Shown here: positions 50,133 through 53,998 of the stretch, piece by piece | How positions within the stretch are numbered: position 1 is the stretch's first letter | Layout of the letters: each line of letters begins with the position of its first letter | NCBI GenBank assembly: GCA_028288785.1 | Contig: JAQGHV010000138.1 | Location: 1 to 53,998, forward strand | DNA length: 53,998 nucleotides | Reading direction: 5' to 3' | Source of the DNA: Rhodospirillales bacterium | GTDB taxonomy: Bacteria; Pseudomonadota; Alphaproteobacteria; Acetobacterales; Acetobacteraceae | Notes under the pieces: generated by a model | Told to the model about the DNA's origin: nothing | Seen by the model: only the letters and a program-made list of their open reading frames with translations | The model's database searches: none | Translations under genes and position numbers: made by a program

Positions 50133-50905
50133 CAGGTTCGGTAGTCCGGCTTGTCGTTGTCAATGAGGCGCAGCGCCGCTTCCCACGCGAGCGCGCGCAC
50201 CGGGCTTTCCTTGTTACGGTTGAACTGCGCTGCGGTGTGCTGGCGCACGCTCTCGGGCGGGAAGACCAGCTCGGCGCCGCCGGATTGCGCGGCAAGCTGC
50301 GCCTCGCAGGCACGCTCGAGCATGAAGATGTTGTCGAAGGCTTCAGCGGGCGAGCGACCGCAAACCAGCAGCCCGTGGTTGCGCAGGATCATCGCATTGT
50401 GGTTGCCGAGGTCGCGCACTAGCCGGTCGCGCTCTTCGAGTTCGAGCGCGATGCCCTCGTAGTCATGGTAGGCAAGGTGGCCGTAGAACTTCAGCGCGTG
50501 CTGGCTGATCGGCAGCAGGCCCTGCCGCTGCGCGGAGACCGCGATGCCGGCGCGCGTGTGGGTGTGGATCACGACGGCCGCATCCTCGCGCGCCATGTGG
50601 ATGGCCGAGTGGATCGTGAAGCCGGCGGCATTGACGCGCTTCGACTCCGACATCTCCTCGACCACATTGCCTTCGAGGTCGATCTTGATGAGGTCGGAGG
50701 CGCGCATCTCATGGAACATCACGCCGTAGCGGTTGATCAGGAAATGATGCTCGGGGCCGGGGATGCGGGCGCTGATGTGGGTGTAGATCAGGTCGGTCCA
50801 GCGATGGTGCGCGACCAGGCGATAGAGGGCGGCGAGGTCGCAGCGAATGGCCCACTCTTCCTCGGAAATGCCGGCGCGGAGCGCCAGCGGCGCGGACTGG
50901 TTCAT
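50132..50905 (-). CDS. Class II aldolase/adducin family protein
   Basis: THISAR, AGFTIHSAIH, HTHT, LRNHG. Confidence 0.92.
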   Translation of the reverse strand: MNQSAPLALRAGISEEEWAIRCDLAALYRLVAHHRWTDLIYTHISARIPGPEHHFLINRYGVMFHEMRASDLIKIDLEGNVVEEMSESKRVNAAGFTIHSAIHMAREDAAVVIHTHTRAGIAVSAQRQGLLPISQHALKFYGHLAYHDYEGIALELEERDRLVRDLGNHNAMILRNHGLLVCGRSPAEAFDNIFMLERACEAQLAAQSGGAELVFPPESVRQHTAAQFNRNKESPVRALAWEAALRLIDNDKPDYRT

Positions 50906-51052
50906 GACGGGACCTCTTGGCTGATGGGCGATATGGTCTGCTGGGGGCGCCTCGGCGTCAATCGAATGACGCCAGCAAAAGTGGCCTGAACCCCTTTTGC
51001 GACGCCGTCCCGTGGCGCATCATTGGGCACTCATCCTCCTGGAGACCAATCC

Positions 51053-51556
51053 ATGGCCCGCGCCGTCTTGACCGCCGCCATGCTGCTCGGCTGCGCCACC
51101 GCCCTGGCGCAGGCGCCGGCGCCGGCGCCGAGCCTCTATACGGAGCGCAGCATCAACGCGGCACTTGCGCAGGACGCGGTCAACGCCGCGGTCGAGGCCT
51201 GCGCCGGGCGCGGGCACCGGGTGACGGCGGTGGTGGTCGACCGCTCCGGCATCATGAAGGCGATGCTGCGGGCCGATGGCGCGGGACCGCACGGCGTCTG
51301 GGCGGCACGGGCCAAGGCCTATACCGCTGCCTCGACCCGTATCGGTACGACGCAGCTGCTGGAGGCGGTGCGCGCCAACCCCGGCGCAACACGCCTGCCG
51401 GATGTGGAGGGGTTCCTAATCCTCGGCGGGGGCCTTCCGATCCGTGTGGGGGATGAGGTGGTGGGGGGGATCGGCGTGGACGGCGCGCCGGGCGGGCTGC
51501 TCGACGACCAATGCGCGGAAGCCGGGATCGCGCGCATCCGCGACCGGCTTGGCTGA
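51053..51556 (+). CDS. Secreted GlcG/HbpS-like heme-binding protein
   Basis: Signal peptide, VVDRSG, R.DGA, KAYTA, GGLP..GGIGV.G, DDQCA. Confidence 0.88.
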   Translation: MARAVLTAAMLLGCATALAQAPAPAPSLYTERSINAALAQDAVNAAVEACAGRGHRVTAVVVDRSGIMKAMLRADGAGPHGVWAARAKAYTAASTRIGTTQLLEAVRANPGATRLPDVEGFLILGGGLPIRVGDEVVGGIGVDGAPGGLLDDQCAEAGIARIRDRLG

Positions 51557-51710
51557 GACTGACGGCGCCCGTCGCCCAACCTTCGGCATGCATCGCGGGT
51601 CGTACGCGTGGATGCGCGCAGGCGATCGCCCGGCGCGCGAAGCGTGCGCCCCGCCGGTTGAGGGCAACCGAACGGGACATCAACGGCCACTCCTCATGGC
51701 CGTTGATGTC
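51557..51710 (-). repeat. Intergenic repeat family B copy
   Basis: - strand GACATCAACGGCCAT-GAGGA-GTGGCCGTTGATGTC hairpin, TGCCCTCA, GGGCGCACGCT, GACCCGCGATGC. Confidence 0.72.
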
Positions 51711-51718
51711 GCCCGCAC

Positions 51719-53458
51719 TCACCGCGGCCGAGGGGTCGTCCGGCGCGGCGCCGGCACCCGCGGTGCCTGCGTCGATCCACCCGGTGCCGAAGCCCGCAGG
51801 TCCGAGATGGTCGCGCGGTTGGTCACCTGCTCCGGGTTCATCCGCACCTCGATGATGGCGGGCTTGCCGCTCGCCATCGCGCGCTGCACCGCCGGCACCA
51901 GCTCATCGGTCGCCTCGACGATCTCGCCATGGCCGCCGAACGCCTCGATGTACTTCGCGAAATCCGGGTTGGTGAGCGCGGTGCCTGAAACGCGATGCGG
52001 GTAGGTGCGCTCCTGGTACATGCGGATGGTGCCGTACATCTGGTTGTTGAAGACCAGGATGATCGGGTTGACCTCGTGGTGGAAGGCCGTGGCGATCTCC
52101 TGCCCTGTCATCATGAAGCCGCCATCGCCCACGAAGCAGATCACGGTGCGCTCGGGATGCACGATCTTGGCGCCGATCGCGGAGGGCACGCCGTAGCCCA
52201 TGGCGCCATTCGTCGGGCCGAGGAAATCCTGCCCGTCCTTCAGGTGCATGAAGCGCGTCGGCCAGGTCGCGAAATTGCCGGCATCGGTCGTGTAGATGGT
52301 GTCGGCTGGCAGCACCTTCTCGAGTGCCTGCAGCGCGCGCGCGAGGTTGAGCGGCCCTTCATACTCGGGCGCCTCGGCCTGCTTGAGGCGCGTCGCACGC
52401 AGCGTCTCGCGCCAGCCGGACCATGCCTGCGGGGGCACCGGCTCCAGCTCATTGGCGGCGGCAGCGAAGGCGTTCATGTCGCAGGGAATGCCGAGTGCCG
52501 GGCGATGCACGCGGCCAATCTCGCTCTGCTCGGGATGGACATGGATGATCGGCGTCGCGCCGGCGAAGTCGAACAGGGTGTAGCCCTGGCTCACCGGCTC
52601 ACCCAGGCGCGTCCCGATCGCGAGGATCAGATCCGATTCACGGGCATGGGCGACGAGGCCGGCATCGGCGCCGACACCGAGATCGCCCACGAAATTCGTG
52701 TGCGTGCCGTCGAACAGGCCCTGGCGCCGGAAGGAGACGCAGACCGGCAGGTCATGGGCGATGAGGAACTTCGCGATCGCCGCGCGCCCCTCGGCCGTCC
52801 AACCGGAGCCACCCAGGATCGCCAGCGGCCGCTCGGCCACGGCGAGCATCTCGCGCAGCCGCGCCATCGCGGCGGGAGCCGGATAGGGCGGGAAGGTGTC
52901 GGCGGGGCCGATGTCGGGCACCGTCACCTGGTGCTTCTGCATCTCTTCGCTGATAGCGATCACAACCGGGCCGGGACGGCCGCTGGTGGCGACGTCGAAG
53001 GCGTGGGCAATCAGCTCGGGGATTCGCTTGGCGTCGTCGATCTGCGTCACCCACTTGGCGATGGGCGAGAACATCCGGCGGTAATCTACCTCCTGGAAGG
53101 TCTCGCGGTCGGTCTCCTCGATCGGGATTTGGCCAACGATCAAAACCAACGGCGTGCTGTCCTGCATCGCGACATGGACGCCGATCGCGGCATGGCACGC
53201 GCCGGGCCCACGGGTGACGATGGCGACACCGGGCTTGCCGGTGAGCTTGCCATGCGCCTCGGCCATGTGGACGGCGCCCGCCTCAAACCGGCAGGTGATG
53301 AGCTGCAGCTGGTTGCGCACGGAATAGAGGCCGTCGAGCAGGTCGAGGTAGCTTTCGCCCGGCACGCAGAAGGCGTGGGTTACGCCCTGTTCGACGAGCG
53401 CATCGGCCAGAACCTTGCCGCCGCTCCGCGCCTGCGCGACCCGCTTCACTTCGTTCAT
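51719..53458 (-). CDS. Thiamine pyrophosphate-dependent enzyme (acetolactate synthase-like family)
   Basis: VPGESYL, TRGPG, FQEVD, GAMGY, GDGG..NN.MYG. Confidence 0.92.
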   Translation of the reverse strand: MNEVKRVAQARSGGKVLADALVEQGVTHAFCVPGESYLDLLDGLYSVRNQLQLITCRFEAGAVHMAEAHGKLTGKPGVAIVTRGPGACHAAIGVHVAMQDSTPLVLIVGQIPIEETDRETFQEVDYRRMFSPIAKWVTQIDDAKRIPELIAHAFDVATSGRPGPVVIAISEEMQKHQVTVPDIGPADTFPPYPAPAAMARLREMLAVAERPLAILGGSGWTAEGRAAIAKFLIAHDLPVCVSFRRQGLFDGTHTNFVGDLGVGADAGLVAHARESDLILAIGTRLGEPVSQGYTLFDFAGATPIIHVHPEQSEIGRVHRPALGIPCDMNAFAAAANELEPVPPQAWSGWRETLRATRLKQAEAPEYEGPLNLARALQALEKVLPADTIYTTDAGNFATWPTRFMHLKDGQDFLGPTNGAMGYGVPSAIGAKIVHPERTVICFVGDGGFMMTGQEIATAFHHEVNPIILVFNNQMYGTIRMYQERTYPHRVSGTALTNPDFAKYIEAFGGHGEIVEATDELVPAVQRAMASGKPAIIEVRMNPEQVTNRATISDLRASAPGGSTQAPRVPAPRRTTPRPR

Positions 53459-53625
53459 CGACACCCCTCCGGTCCAGTCGGCGCGCCGTTTTCGGCCGCG
53501 TCGCGGCGGAGGTTAGCGCCGCGCGGCGGCGGCGTCACGTCGGGCGGACATAAACTGCGCCGATAAAAGGCAGTCGATTGTTGTCCGACCCACCCGACGG
53601 TTGCGACAAACGAGGCGACGGCTGA

Positions 53626-53998
53626 TCAAGATACCCGCTGATCCGGCACGTGGATGCAGCGCGGCGCACGCCCCAGCACCGGGCTGTTCGACGGCGGCAC
53701 ACCTGTAAGACAGGCAGGCTCCGCCTCGACACAGCGCGGCGCGAAGGAGCACGCGCTGGGCAAGGTCTCCAGGCTCGGCGGCGCACCGGGGACGGTCGTC
53801 AGCCGCTTGCTGCGCATGCCGGCATGCACAGTCGCGCCGAGCAGGCTCCGCGCATCAGGGCAGTCACCGGCCCCTCCTCCACCGCGCGGCCGGCATACAT
53901 CACCGCCACCCCGGTCGGCGATTTCACCGGCGACGCCGAGGTCGTGCGTCACGAACACCACGCCCATGCCGAGTTCCTGCTGCAATTGCAGCAGCAGC
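53626..53998 (-). pseudogene. 3' part of a DppD-like ABC ATPase, damaged; runs off the window
   Basis: FVTHDLG..ADR, then VAVMYAGR in another frame (extra base near 53910); the HPYT motif is missing near 53850. Confidence 0.75.

Noticed and set aside
51010-51030. Sigma54 promoter before the glcG-like gene
   Set aside because: The GG-to-TTGC spacing is one base short and the -12 GC is missing.
1-53998. Intact transposase, integrase, cas, reverse transcriptase or recognised defence system
   Set aside because: No ORF with such motifs was recognised.

Overview
GC-rich alphaproteobacterial chromosome segment; gene content and order suggest Acetobacteraceae (Roseomonas-like; inference). Bases 1-3018 look like the decayed edge of an island at the 3' end of a tRNA(CAT) gene. 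That edge holds two degenerate copies of one phage-like gene fragment, a palindromic repeat array, an intact Mesh1-like alarmone hydrolase and a helicase-like relic. The rest is mostly core or metabolic: nhaA, iscR-two desulfurases-fdx-mnmA, anmK/tyrS, serA, rpmE, a Liv-type ABC transporter, pdxY, nudF-alaX-sseA-metC, zur/hisI-COG0523-lpxB, secDF, a 10-gene Dpp/amidohydrolase catabolic operon and a TPP enzyme. The most unusual signal is non-coding. Two families of dispersed palindromic repeats sit at gene junctions. At three co-directional junctions carrying a clear repeat copy (and a possible fourth at iscR), the downstream start codon is duplicated and a stop-free 'bridge' ORF runs from the first ATG through the insert to an ATGA overlap with the real gene, which would preserve translational coupling. 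The largest element also sits at a sharp local inversion of strand and codon skew. All product calls come from motif recognition only; no database searches were run.
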